Shown piece by piece: positions 1-11,671 of a DNA stretch of 64,000 bases (position 1 is its first letter; every line of letters begins with the position of its first letter). The position numbers were made by a program, and so were the translations under genes. Source of the stretch: Raillietiella orientalis (Eukaryota); assembly GCA_036172245.1 (NCBI GenBank), contig JAYWIR010000028.1, forward strand, positions 372,001-436,000, given 5' to 3'. The notes under the pieces are model-generated. The model was not told the DNA's origin, searched no databases, and saw nothing but the letters and a program-made list of their open reading frames with translations.

Positions 1-600
1 CACCACGCGTCGCGGGTTCGAATACTCCGGCAGAAACTCTGACGCCACTGCGTCGTCGGGTGCCGAGTTTCTCCTGCAATGGCGCTGCTTGGCCGAGACA
101 TTCGGGCGCGGCACCGGCGGTGGATAAAGCCCCGGAGGCCCCCGATGAAGGCCGGAACAATGGGAAATTGACCTTCGGGTCTTCCCAGGAATAAAGGAAT
201 GGGGAGTTCCCCCTCCGGTCGTACGACGGAGAGCGGACCCCCCTCACCGGGGGACCCCTCCGGTTTCGAGATGGAGCAGGAGCCCTCACGGGCACCTCTC
301 AAGTTGTTCAAAGGAGCGGACTCCCCCTTGTTGCGGGGGTCCTTCCGAGTCGTCGCCTCTTCACAGAGTGTGCACCAGGAAGCAAGCGAGAGCGATTCCC
401 CTGCGGGAAGCTGCAGCGCCCCTTCTGAGGAAGCGTCCCTTCGGGGTTCTCTTCAGAGGAGTGAACAGGAGCGGTTCCCTTGCGGATTCCCTCCGGAGAA
501 GAAATTCCTAGAAGCGGATCCTTTCCAGTTCCCTTCGGAGAAGTTGAAATGGAGAGGACAGCCCCTCCCCATTAGAGGGGGGTGTCCCCCCGCGAAAGTT
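1..600 (+). repeat. Copy of dispersed GC-rich repeat family X (possibly 3' part of a LINE ORF1; unassigned)
   Basis: Shares blocks such as gaagcgtcccttcggggttctcttcagaggag and ctccggagaagaaattcc with 19790-20470 (+), 41890-42345 (-), 49300-49500 (+) and 49720-50470 (-). Confidence 0.75.
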
Positions 601-1149
601 CCTCCTCGGATATGGCCAACGAGCGAGTACCACGTCTTTTCCCGAAGTGCCACCCATCACTTGCCCGGAGTTCCCCATCACATCCCTACCGAACACGAAT
701 TTCCTTGGCCTTTCATTTCAAGATTTCGTTTGCGACGGTGCTGTTTTTCGCGTCTCGCTGCTGTAAGAGCCACGGATGCCAAGCTCGTTCCTTTCCGAAG
801 GGAATTTCGAGATGGTCCTCCCACTTTTGGGTGTTTCGGGACATCCCGGCATCGGGCGACCTGGGCTTCCAAGTTCTCCTCGTTTCCCACCATTTTCGAA
901 ATTCTCGATTGATGCGCTTCAAACGCGGCATTTTCGCCTTCGCCCCCTTCCACGTAAAATGTCTGCATTTTCATTTGAACAGCTGATGACTTTCTCTTCT
1001 TCCTTTCCCATCTCTGACGCTGTTGAAAAAAGCTTCTCTTATCGAACGACAGAAAACTTGAAATGTTTACTGCATCGGGGGTCGCTCACGTCGAAAGGTT
1101 CCTCTATCAAAGGTGACTTGCGTCCAATGTGCACTGTAAATGAATTCCT

Positions 1150-2250
1150 CATTTGGTTCCGGATTCCTCCCGGTCCCGATTTCCCGTGAAGACCTCACGG
1201 TCGTTGGTGGTCAGTGAGTGAAAACGCAGGTGCCTTCCGAAACCGCAACATTTGCCAGCAACTGCAAAATTCATTCCGACAAGCAGAACAATACGCGCAG
1301 ACCAACAAGCTCGCAGGCATTTGCATCCTTTTTTTGTTTATTTCAACCACGGCGGTCACAAAAACAGAACCCTTCGTTCCGGTTCGTCACGCTGTCCTCG
1401 GTGCTAATAACGCTTCTCAAGAAACCATAGTCACATTCTACGAGCGTATGAGCCTTAGGCAATACATAACGAGTATGCCATTCTTCTCAGCGGCTTGCAT
1501 ATCAGTACAGCAGCAGCAGCATCTACAAGAAATTAGCACCGGTTTCATTTCCTAGTTCCGAGAGATTCTGACTTCGACCCGAACCATCCCCATAGAAGTA
1601 GGGGATGCGGTCTTGCACGACGTTCCTCGAATTCAGCTTACTTGCAGCGTCTTCAGGTAATCCTGAATACCTTCAAGCCGGAATCGCAGGTTGGCTGCAG
1701 TGCGTGGAGACAGAACACTGCGAAACACCTGTGCATCCGTGGTCCCCACGAAAGACGTGGCAGTAGGCAGATCCTGCTTCGTCCCTAATGGGAATGCTCG
1801 CGGGTGCTCGTGTTTCCTCGCCTTAACCATGGGAACAGGGCATGGAAACCCCCCTGTGGAAGCGACACTTCTTGAGAGGAGATTTTAAGCTCTTTTTATT
1901 TTTAGCAGGGACTGCGGGCGTGGCTCCGTTTTCACCGATTTGCGTGATAAATCTCTTTCACCTGGGGCAAATCAAGGAATTTTTTCCATACTCTAATGCT
2001 TCGTTTACGAAGCTCTTCAGCCCTTTGCGTGAAATTTCGCTCGTTCAATGCATTCCACCTCCTTTGAAGAATTAGCAGCCCCCGGCCGTCGCAAGAGGAG
2101 GATTCCGGCCATAGGGCGTTCCGTGAAGAAGTTGCATCGTGTTCTTCAAAAAGATGGCAAAGCTGGGCAAACCCGAACGTGCTCTCCTCCAGTGCAATGC
2201 AGGACTGAACGTGGGGCACGGCAACGGACGGGTCACGGAATCATCGGGAC
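1150..2250 (-). pseudogene. Highly diverged remnant of the putative tyrosine-recombinase-like gene family
   Basis: Minus-strand translation gives, in the same order as the 21.2-22.7 kb copy, ...RVWKKFLD..., TAANLRFRLEGIQ, SCKTASP (vs SSKNASL) and an RM..CI-like segment. Many stops and frameshifts. Confidence 0.3.
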
Positions 2251-2424
2251 ATTTGCATCGGATGGAGGAAGGACAAAGCTCAAAGCTCAAATCAAAGAAG
2301 CTCTTCGTCACGAATGAAATTCTAATCTGCCGTTGCAGCACCGCGAGAAGCGCATTGCTTAGAATTCCCAGATCTGTGGAATGATCGTCCTTCTCTTGGA
2401 CACTTTGCTTCCAAGGGAAGAACG

Positions 2425-2457
<33 letters not shown>

Positions 2458-4004
2458 GAATTAATGAAACCAGTGCGACACTATGTGTTAGAAAGCGACA
2501 CGCAAGCGGCAAATCTCACACATGCACTTCAACTTCAGCTGTTAAAATCAAAGTTCAAGCTTTTGAAAGAGAAGTGTTCCTTCCGCAGGTGTTCCTGGAG
2601 TTGACCATGCGTGACCTTTTTCCCAATGAGAAGGTTATAATTCTGAGAAACGGAAGAATGAGCAAAAGCGAACGAATCACGCCGTACACGTGGAAATAGA
2701 TGACGCGGCTAACGTATATACATTTGTGGAACCGAGTCAAGTAGTTACTTCCCATTGGTAACCCCGGAAAAAAGGCGCCATATTGCTTAGAGGGGAATTC
2801 TGAAAAACGAAAATAAAAACCCCGCTACCCCTAATACATCCATTGCAAGGGTTTAAAGGAAATGAGGTGTCTGCGTTTTTACGTTCTTTTTTCAGAGTCA
2901 TAGTTTTCGGTGCATTTCTGACGTTCTCAACGTCTCGAATGCCTTCTTATACAACTAGAACACTTTTATTAGCACTTTTATTACCTGTCTTGCTCATTTT
3001 TTCCTCTTTTTTTTCTTTTTTTGAGGAACAGGAAGAGGAGGAGAGTTCACTGTAAGAAAAAAAAAAAAGTATTTTTCTCTTTAGTTGAAAATTTAAACGA
3101 ATAATTTAATTCAGTTCTGTCAATAAACTGTCCACTGTTTCAGAGTTTCAGTTCAATTAAAAAATCGGAGTGAATCAAAGAAGTAAACCGAAGAATAAGA
3201 GGGGGAGGGGAGATCGGTTCGAAGGGAGAAAGGAACGACGACTGACTTCTTTGTAAAAAATTTCTTGAAAAAGACCTGCCATTTCTATGAGTGACCGGAA
3301 TCCTCTCATTCGGCTGTTTTATATTGCCATCCCCTCAGCACCTCCAGGTTTCGGTTCCATCTTCCGTCTTTTACGCGGCTGATAACTCGCATAGTTACGT
3401 GGGATTGCAGCATCCAAAGGGCGGCGTAACGAAATGCCAGCAAGGGTCCAGATTTCTGTTGTGGTGGTGCATTTGCTGGGAGTGGGCCGCGTGGGCCGGC
3501 CTTGGAGGCAATGGGTCGCCGCGTAAACAGTTCCGGTGATGTGTTGGTACAATGGACATCTGCAACTGTACGTGTGTACGGCACACAATTTCATTTAAGG
3601 CGTGTTTACTTTTTGCCATTGCTACGGTAGTCAAAATAGCCGAAGTGAAAAAAAATCTGCAAACATTGGCGACTAAACTTTGGATTCTGTCAAAGTGCGG
3701 AAGCAGCGATTAGGAGAGTGTCCTGCTTGAAGGATTCTATGACGTCAATGTGTCCTTTGGCCGAGGCCCCTGGCCAACATTTAAATTGGTGTATCACCAA
3801 CCCATTTTTTTATTGTCAAAGTGAGGTTGCACGTAAAACGTATTTAGGTTAGTAGTGAAAGATCAAGTTGATGGATCTTCCGAAATAAATGGGATCTTGT
3901 TCCCTACTGTAAAAATGGAAGGAGGGCCTTTCCATTTTCACAGTAGGAATAAATGCCTCGTTGGTTTTCGAATGTGTATTGCACTGTCTTTTTGTGTATG
4001 CCAC

Positions 4005-7000
4005 TTGTTCGACTTCCAGACCAGGCAAGAAGGAAAAGAATAGTGCGGAACATCGCGCACTGCGACATCGTGTGCCTACAAGAAACCCACCCATTTGATG
4101 GGGCAAAAAAATCAGCCTTGAATTGGAAAGGCGAATGAACGCCCAGCTGCTCAACAGCGAGGGACAGTCGTACACCATGGGGGTGACGATCTCAATCAAA
4201 AACGAGCTCGCCGCCACCATTCTGGAAACCTTCTGTACCGTACCTGGAAGAGTCATCGCCTTACGGTTGTCCTGGTCCGCAAATGTTCACCTGTTTCTGG
4301 TGAATGTTTACGGGCCCCACCAAGACAAGCATCCGTGCGCGGAGATGCTCCACGAAACCCTCCGACAAAAGGTCGCACCGAAGGACATCGTCATCATCGT
4401 TGGGGATTTCAACATCCCGGATGAAGTAGTTTATCACCGGGACGTCAGAGGCAGGACGGCGTATCGGCGGCTGTCCGACGAGTTTGGGCTGCGATGGCTA
4501 ACAGCGAGCCACAAGCGGATCGACCACGTCCTCTACAGCTCCGACATGGGGAACCGAGTCTTCGGGTTTCGCGACACGCTCTACAGTGTCCGACCACCCG
4601 TTGCTGAGGTTTTCCCTGAGGACTGAAAACCCTCGTCAAAAGATGGCACCCAGCGCGGAGCTCATCAGCATGCCCTCCTGGTTTGAAACGCTACCCTATC
4701 ACCAACAGCTCGTGGAGGCGATTCTGCAGTCGACCACCATCAGCAGAGTCGCCGACTGGGATAGTATGAAACACCTCTTCTGCAACATGCAGTTCGGGGA
4801 CAAGAGACTGAGCCAGGAAGCGTACCGGAAGCTGAACATCCAAGATCGCTCCCTCTCGAAACTGTACGAGAGTCGGTACGTCTTCCAAAACATCAAGGGA
4901 GAAGTTGGAGTGCTGGAGAAGAGGAATCTGGCAACCGATATCTTCTGTATCCAGTACGATGGTCGTGCCAGCGTACTGGATACAGACATCACTGAAGCCT
5001 TCCAGAGGCATTACGTGGAACACTTCCGACGCAGACATCTGTGCAAATCATACGAAAATAGCTTCCTGAAACATCTGGAGAAACGAGTCGATGAAAAGAA
5101 TCGAAAGATGCTGGAAGAGGAAATCTCCGAAGAAGAAGTGAAAGCTGCGTTTAAGGACCTTCGCAAGGATGGCAGCAGGCCCTGATAATGTTCCCATCTC
5201 ACACTATCAACGGTACCTGCATGCCTACCAGCGTTTGTTCCACCAGCTGACGCTACGCATCAGGGAAGAAGGGCGACTACCGCAATCCTTCTATGAGAGT
5301 AGGATGAGATTGTTGCCAAAAGGAGGCGACCTCACGCAGGTCACCCAATGGAGGCCAATCTCGATCCTCAACTCCGATGCCAAGTGGTTGGAGATGATCT
5401 GGGCCAACCGCCTAGGCAAGGTCATGCCGAGGCTAATCTCTCCGGTCCAAATATGTGCGGTGCCTGAACGCCACATGTCGGACAATGTCAAGTGTGCCCA
5501 AGATACCATTGGACTCAGCCGATATATCGGCGAGAACTTGGTACTAGACTTCACTGGCATGGAGAAGGCTTTCGATACGGTGGACCATGAGATGCTGCTG
5601 AAGATTCTAGGAAGACTGGACCTCCCGGAATACTTCGCCAACTTCGTGAGGATGGTACTCGAACAACATTTCCACATCAAGATAAACGGGGAAACGACAG
5701 CAGCTATTCGGATGGAACGCGGAGTTTGTCAGGGTGATGCTCTAAGTCCGATGCTGTTCGTCATCTCTGTGGAAGCCCTCTCGTCGTTCATCGAGAGAAA
5801 TGGGTACCTCCAAGGAATCAAAGTGGACAGGCAAAGGCTCACTCATCTGGCCTACGCAGACGACCGTCTCTTCTTCTTGAAAGGGGAGAGAGACCAACGA
5901 GGCTTTCTGCATGTGGTGGAGCTTATGAGTGAAGGATTGGGCTTGAAGATCAACGCCCAGAAGAGCCAGCTTTTGCCCTTCGGAATCTTGGACCTCTCTA
6001 CACTCACGAGGGAAGGATTCCGTACGGTGGATCGAATTAAGTACCTGGGTGTCCACATCGGAGATGCTTCGGCATCCCAATTACTGTGGAAGGAAATCCT
6101 GGGGAGAACAGCAGAGGAAGGAGCGAAGTACACCCACTCGGACTTCAATGTGAAGAGGAGGGCCAATCTTTGGAACGGAGTTCTCCTTCCAAAGATACTC
6201 TTTGGAGAGACCTTCTCTACAATATCCCAGAACATCAAGCGCGAAGAAAAAGCTTCAGCGGAGAACCCTCTGGGGAAAATATCGACAGAGAGTACGCCTC
6301 AAGCCACTTTGTCGTCCTAAGGAAGAAGGAGGATCCGGGATGAAGTCGCCTGCATACGCCGTGGACGTCATGGACATGCGACAAATCCTGGAAATGTCTT
6401 CCAACTGGGACGACTGGACGTACGCAGCGCACAGGGCGTACTCGCTGTTGTTGAACAACTCGAGAGGCCTGATGACTGTGCTGGTCGGCAGAGTTGGTGA
6501 ATGGTCCACCATCGACCCGACGTGGCGAAGAAAACAGCAACTCGTCAAGAAACAACACTTGAAAATCATCCCGAAGAGCAAAGAACTCTGGCAGGAGGAA
6601 TCCATCCTGGTTATCCCGTGGATGCTCCCCGTGCAGGATGACACGAGGAGCAGGATAAACCAGCGGTCCGGAGTGACTTTTAGTAATACAGAATCATGGG
6701 CACGACGACGACACTTGCATCATTCTCGGGTGCTGCGTTATGTCGAAAGAATTTCTGGCAGCTTCACACTCAGGACCCGCGAAGTGTTGAAAAATCATCG
6801 CGACTTCGCATGGTCCAGAGTAACGAAGAGGAACATTCGCCAATTATTAGAAGAGGAACAAGACACCAGAGCTCTCCAAGATGCCGCCGACCGCTACGCT
6901 AGTAGTGGGTTTAATCCACTGGCGATTGGGACGGTGCTCTGGAGAAGTGATTTGCCACCGGACACTCAGGATAACCTCCTGATGTTCTTCCATGGAGGCA

Positions 7001-7196
7001 TCATGAGTGGTTCCAGGATGAAGCACTTCACGGAAATAAGAGAGGAAGAAATCTTCAGGGCGTGTGGTGGAATAGATACAAGACGTCATGCCCTGACTTG
7101 CCTCACACTGCAAGCCAAGTGGACTACTCTGAAAAGGGCCATCGGGCTGTCCAACGCCTCGACGATGGAGGTTTTGGCAGGGATGTTCCAGGGATC
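4005..7196 (+). mobile_element. Non-LTR retrotransposon ORF2 (APE endonuclease + reverse transcriptase + C-terminal Cys/His region), Tx1/L1-like family A, inactivated
   Basis: APE motifs DIVCLQETH, LVNVYGP, IVGDFN, RIDHVL, SDH. RT motifs WRPISILNSD, EKAFDTVDH, GVCQGDALSP, LAYADD, GLKINAQKS, KYLGV, plus LCRPKEEGG. Frameshifts near 4130, 4590, 5175, 6235. 5'-truncated at the APE start and cut at ~7197 by an oppositely oriented element. Confidence 0.95.
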
Positions 7197-9030
7197 TTTT
7201 ACCCGGGTAAGCCGGGGCTTTTATTATTTAGAACACATTTTTACCATTTTTAATTGCTGTCAATTATTAATTACTTGTATTTGTGTTCCTGTCAGAACAC
7301 ATTGTTCTTATTTGCTTATCTTTTGCACTTGTCCTTTCCGACTGGTATGCCGGTAAGGCCTTCTCCACTGGCGAAGGGGACGGGAAAAAGAGGAAAAAAA
7401 AACAAAAGAAATAAAAACGCTTGAGGGACAATGTTTATGGAGAGGGGAGGGAAGGGAAGGGATCACTGTTCGCCGAGGGGAGGCCTCTGCATTTGGTTCC
7501 GGATGCGAACAAATGCTGGCAGAATTTTACTCAGCCGGCGCCAACGGGAAGTCTTCTCCATGGAGATGACTGCTCAGTGGATGGCATTCCGATTACTGCG
7601 GCCTCATATTGACGCGTTCCACTTGTCCAATATTCCCCGTATGCAGCAGAGAACTGCAACACACGCGGCACCTGGCAGGGAGTTCCGCATCAAGAGGCGC
7701 CGAAAAATGTTTTTCCAGTCGTCCACCGGTACGTTTATGGCCGACGAGAGTCGATCCCACGTGCGGTGGAGGGCAACACACTCGATTAGTAAGTGGGGGA
7801 AGGTCTCCCTTTTCCCGCACTCTACACAATGGGAATCCAATCTCGCCAATGTCCAGTGAGACAGGCGTGCTCTGCTCAAAAGTCCCCAATGGAGCACAAG
7901 CAGCGCCGTCTCCTGCCAATCCAAAGGGAGGTTGCCACTGTCCCAATACGCCGGGGGCCACTTCATCTCCTCCGGAGGCATGTCGAGCAGCTCGCCCCAG
8001 CGCACAATTCCATTTGGCGGGACACTCGGGGTTGTAGCGTCCGCTAGTTCCCGGGACGTCCACGCCTTCATTAGTTTTTTCCTGCCTCTGATGAGGCAGG
8101 ACACTTCTTACGAAGCCTCCTCTTGGCTGTTCCTGGCTTCTATGAGGGAGGGCAGCACGGGGGCAAGGGGGGTGAATGAAGCCCACAAAAGCTTTTGTGG
8201 GTTGGAAACGATCTCCCGCAGGGGCTGGCCAGCGTTCCTGCCTCGACGAAGGCAGAAGTCCACCTCGCTGGAGCCGTTGATTTTTGCCCACGCGGAAACG
8301 GACTCCCGGAGCCAGGTAGTCCAGTTTGCGGGGCTGCAGGAGATCCACGGGTTGCTCCTCACCAGGGTCACCAATTCCCGTAGCTGAAACCCACAATGGT
8401 ACAGTCTACAGTCGTTGGCTACTAGGACTGAAGTCAATCCGTCGCAGCCGGTTGCCCTGTGGGCGAGGAGTCGTATGGGCTCACACCATGGTGCTGTCCA
8501 ATATTTTGCCTCAAGGGCAAGTTTCCTTAGTTGGAGCTGACGCTCCATGCGCTCCAACGTCAGGAGACCAAGTCCACCGTCCCTGCGTGGAGCGCACATG
8601 TCTTTAAGCCGGACGCGGGGCCTCCGGTTACCCCAAAGGGCTTTCCTGATGAGGCCCCTAGTCCGTGTCCTAATTTGTGGAGGGGCAGGGCGCACAAAAA
8701 GTAGAGGGCAATGTTGCAGGGAACTGGAACGGTTCCCCGCTATAACCCCATGGTAAGAGTGACCATCGCCCTTTTCATCACCGCCATTATTGTGCGGTGG
8801 TGGAAGGTGAAGACCACGAGGACCACCATATCTCCCCTGGGGATCCTGAAAGGGCTCATCCAGAGGGCGATTGGCATCAGAAACTGCGGACGAGTGCAGG
8901 CCTGGAACTACCGAAACATCCTGAGAAGGATTGGAGGAGGAACCCATGCCCAAAGGACCCCCAGGTGATTAATGCAGCGAACTTTCCAGAGACCCAACGA
9001 AGCAGACTTCAAGTGAACCCCAGTTTCTGT
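7197..9030 (-). mobile_element. 5'-truncated Tx1/L1-like LINE (family B): ORF2 C-terminal half, 3'UTR and terminal hairpin, inserted tail-to-tail into family A
   Basis: Minus-strand NHLGV, ALWGNRRPRVRLKDMCAPRRDGGLG and zf-RVT-like CVECGKRETFPHLLIEC. T-rich UTR. End motif aataaaag-ccccgg-cttac-ccgggt-aaaa at 7197-7225. Confidence 0.9.
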
Positions 9031-9076
9031 GCAATTTGTGTGCATGAGATTGTAGTGTGAATGAAAGAGAAAATAA

Positions 9077-9118
9077 ACTTACCCCACCCCTTGTGGGACT
9101 TACCCCACCCCTTGTGGG
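9077..9118 (+). repeat. Exact 21-bp tandem duplication (acttaccccaccccttgtggg x2) directly after AATAAA; probable LINE 3' terminus
   Basis: AATAAA at 9072-9077. Units at 9077-9097 and 9098-9118, each containing the hairpin cccac-ccctt-gtggg. Confidence 0.8.
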
Positions 9119-11647
9119 AACACCTCCAGCCATGACACATCCGTGCATGAATGTTCCCTAATTAGAGATTAGGTGGACGTGCATTTCGTTTTTGCAAAAA
9201 CGAATTTTATGAACTGTGACTTGCAGGTGCATCGAATTACTTGATCAGCAACACTTTCGGAATTGGTTTTCCCTCGTGATAATTTGAATGCTGTTTTGCT
9301 GTTCGGATGCAGACGTCTGCTGTCTTTGTGTGTTGTTGAGATGAGGCACAGTGGAAATGATGGGTCGTGAGAAACCGGAAGTCCTTCAAAAGTCGGGAAT
9401 CATATTGCCTATTCTGTATACGCAGAGGTGTCCTGCATTAAGGATTTCATTACAGCAGTGTGTCCTTTGGCTTGTTATTCTGTATTCCAGCTTTATTTGT
9501 GATGCTCTGTTCGTAATGGTAATAGGTCTGTGGTAATGGAATTTCATTTTTGCATTTAGCGTGAAACATAAACATAAACGCCTATCGAGGAATCAGGTGA
9601 AATTAAGCCACTTAAAATTTGTCAGCTCCTTTGTAAAGCAAGTCATAGTTTACATTGAATTCTCAAAGTATTTCGACATATCCCTGAAGGGTTTTTGATG
9701 TTCCATTTCTTATTTGCATGCTTTTGTAACAGGACAGTGCAAATGGATTTGAAAATAAGAGGCATAGGTAGTCCGTAGTAATAAATACATGTTATGGTTG
9801 AACTTTTGTTTTATAGTGTGCAAAATCTTTTTCCCAACAAACATGAAGGAAGGTTTGTAAGTGTTTTAAAAATTAAAAGCCGTCAAAAAAAATATCAAGT
9901 TCTAACTGGTTATGTTCATTTTCTTTTTGAATATGTGAATAAACCAAGTACTACTGACTCCTGTTTTGTTTATATTTGGGGGAATAAACAACCCCACTTG
10001 TTCCAGGTGAAGGGTTGGACTATGTGTTTGAGTGGGCATTTTTTAATCGAAAGTGGTTTTTACCAATTGAAATCATGGTATCATAGGTTGGGAGATATAT
10101 TTCAGCACTGGATATGCTTGCAACTGAGTAAATTTTCTGCAAGTTAGGTAGGACTTTCACTTGATTAGTATGAAAATAGCTAAGCCACTGGAAAACCTGG
10201 AAAGTTCATCTCTTAATATCGGATGTGCTAGTAGCCAAAACATAGTTTACTATAGTTTTCAAAATGTTCTGAATATGGGAATCATTTATTAGGTTATTTT
10301 CAAACAGCTGTAAGCCCCTTCATTAATACTTGGTATGTGGCAACTATTGATATTATGTTATGTGACTGATCTGTTATTTAAGTACTTTTGTACTAGTAGT
10401 CTGTATTCCTTTGCTGAACTGCAATATTTTATCAATTGATTTCACGTACTGATCTTTTACATCTTCCTTGTTGTTTGAATTTAGGCATATGTCGAAAAGT
10501 TGCTGTTGTCTCAGGCAGAAGAAGAGTTTGCAACTGGCATAAATGATCTGTATTCTTCAATATCTAGAAGCAGTTTCTTGGACTACATATACAATAGGGA
10601 ATAAAAGAGGGTGTATTTGCTCCAATAATGTTTTCTTTGTTCACTCATGTCCACTTTGACATACTATACTGTTCAGGCATTTGTTTGAGTAGTATCACAA
10701 ATTGGATGGTAGTTTTGGGATTAACCTCATGTTTATAATATTAATAGTAAGTTTTGTGTACTGTGCCACTTTGGATTACAGTTCAAGTATAATAAGTATT
10801 TGTCAGCAAACTTTTAATTGAGCTATACATAAGGTAAGAACCTGTAGAGAGCTAAAGACCACATATTTGCCATGAAACATTTGTGGCAATCCCACTGTTT
10901 TGAGAATATTTGCAAATAGTCTGTAACATAATGTTTTGTTTTTTTTTGTTTTATGGTTAATGACATTGCTGGATACAGATAATGGAGTACTTCAGTCTTT
11001 AGTGGTTTCAAGTAATCACTGGTTTGTCTCTTGGTATGACTGCATTCAAAACGAATCACAAGTAGTATATAGTAACCGATGAAGTGCCGATTTATGGAGA
11101 GCGAAGTCTCAATTGATAGATTAAATTCATTCAGCCAACAAAACACGTTCCACCCAGAGATCCTTCATCCAAAAGACATTTTAGCAACAACTCCTTCAAC
11201 CTAAACGACATTTTGACACCTCTGGTAACAACACTTTCCATTTAAGTGACCTGCATCTGATATTAAATGTTTATGCGACCACGGAGGTCCCTGGAAATGA
11301 GGGAGCTCGAGGATAGGAGAATGCACGAACTGGAAACACTGTTCCGAGTGTTGTACCATGACTGCTGTCAACGGACAAATAATGCAAGATGTAGAAGCGA
11401 GGCTGCTCCATTTCCAGGTCTTCGCAAGTACTGCAAGATTAATGCAGTGCAGCGCAGTGCTGAAGCCGAAGAAACCATCTAACCTATGTGTGGTACAATT
11501 TGGCATGTTCTAAGGAAAGGAATACTACAGAGGCAGGAATAGTTATGGTGAAAGGACACGCCCAGTGCACGATAAGATAGTTTTGAAGGCTGGAATATAA
11601 AATGAGAACGCATAAGGATGCGAACAGTTACTGATCTTCATGACCAA

Positions 11648-11671
11648 TACTACTACTACTACTACTACTAC
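11648..11671. repeat. (TAC)8 microsatellite
   Basis: tactactactactactactactac seen directly. Confidence 0.9.

Noticed and set aside
199..912. 237-aa ORF
   Set aside because: Spans the junction of repeat family X and unrelated sequence. No domain; likely a chance ORF in GC-rich DNA.
9077..9118. CRISPR-like direct repeat
   Set aside because: Two adjacent units with no spacer, eukaryotic context and no cas genes.
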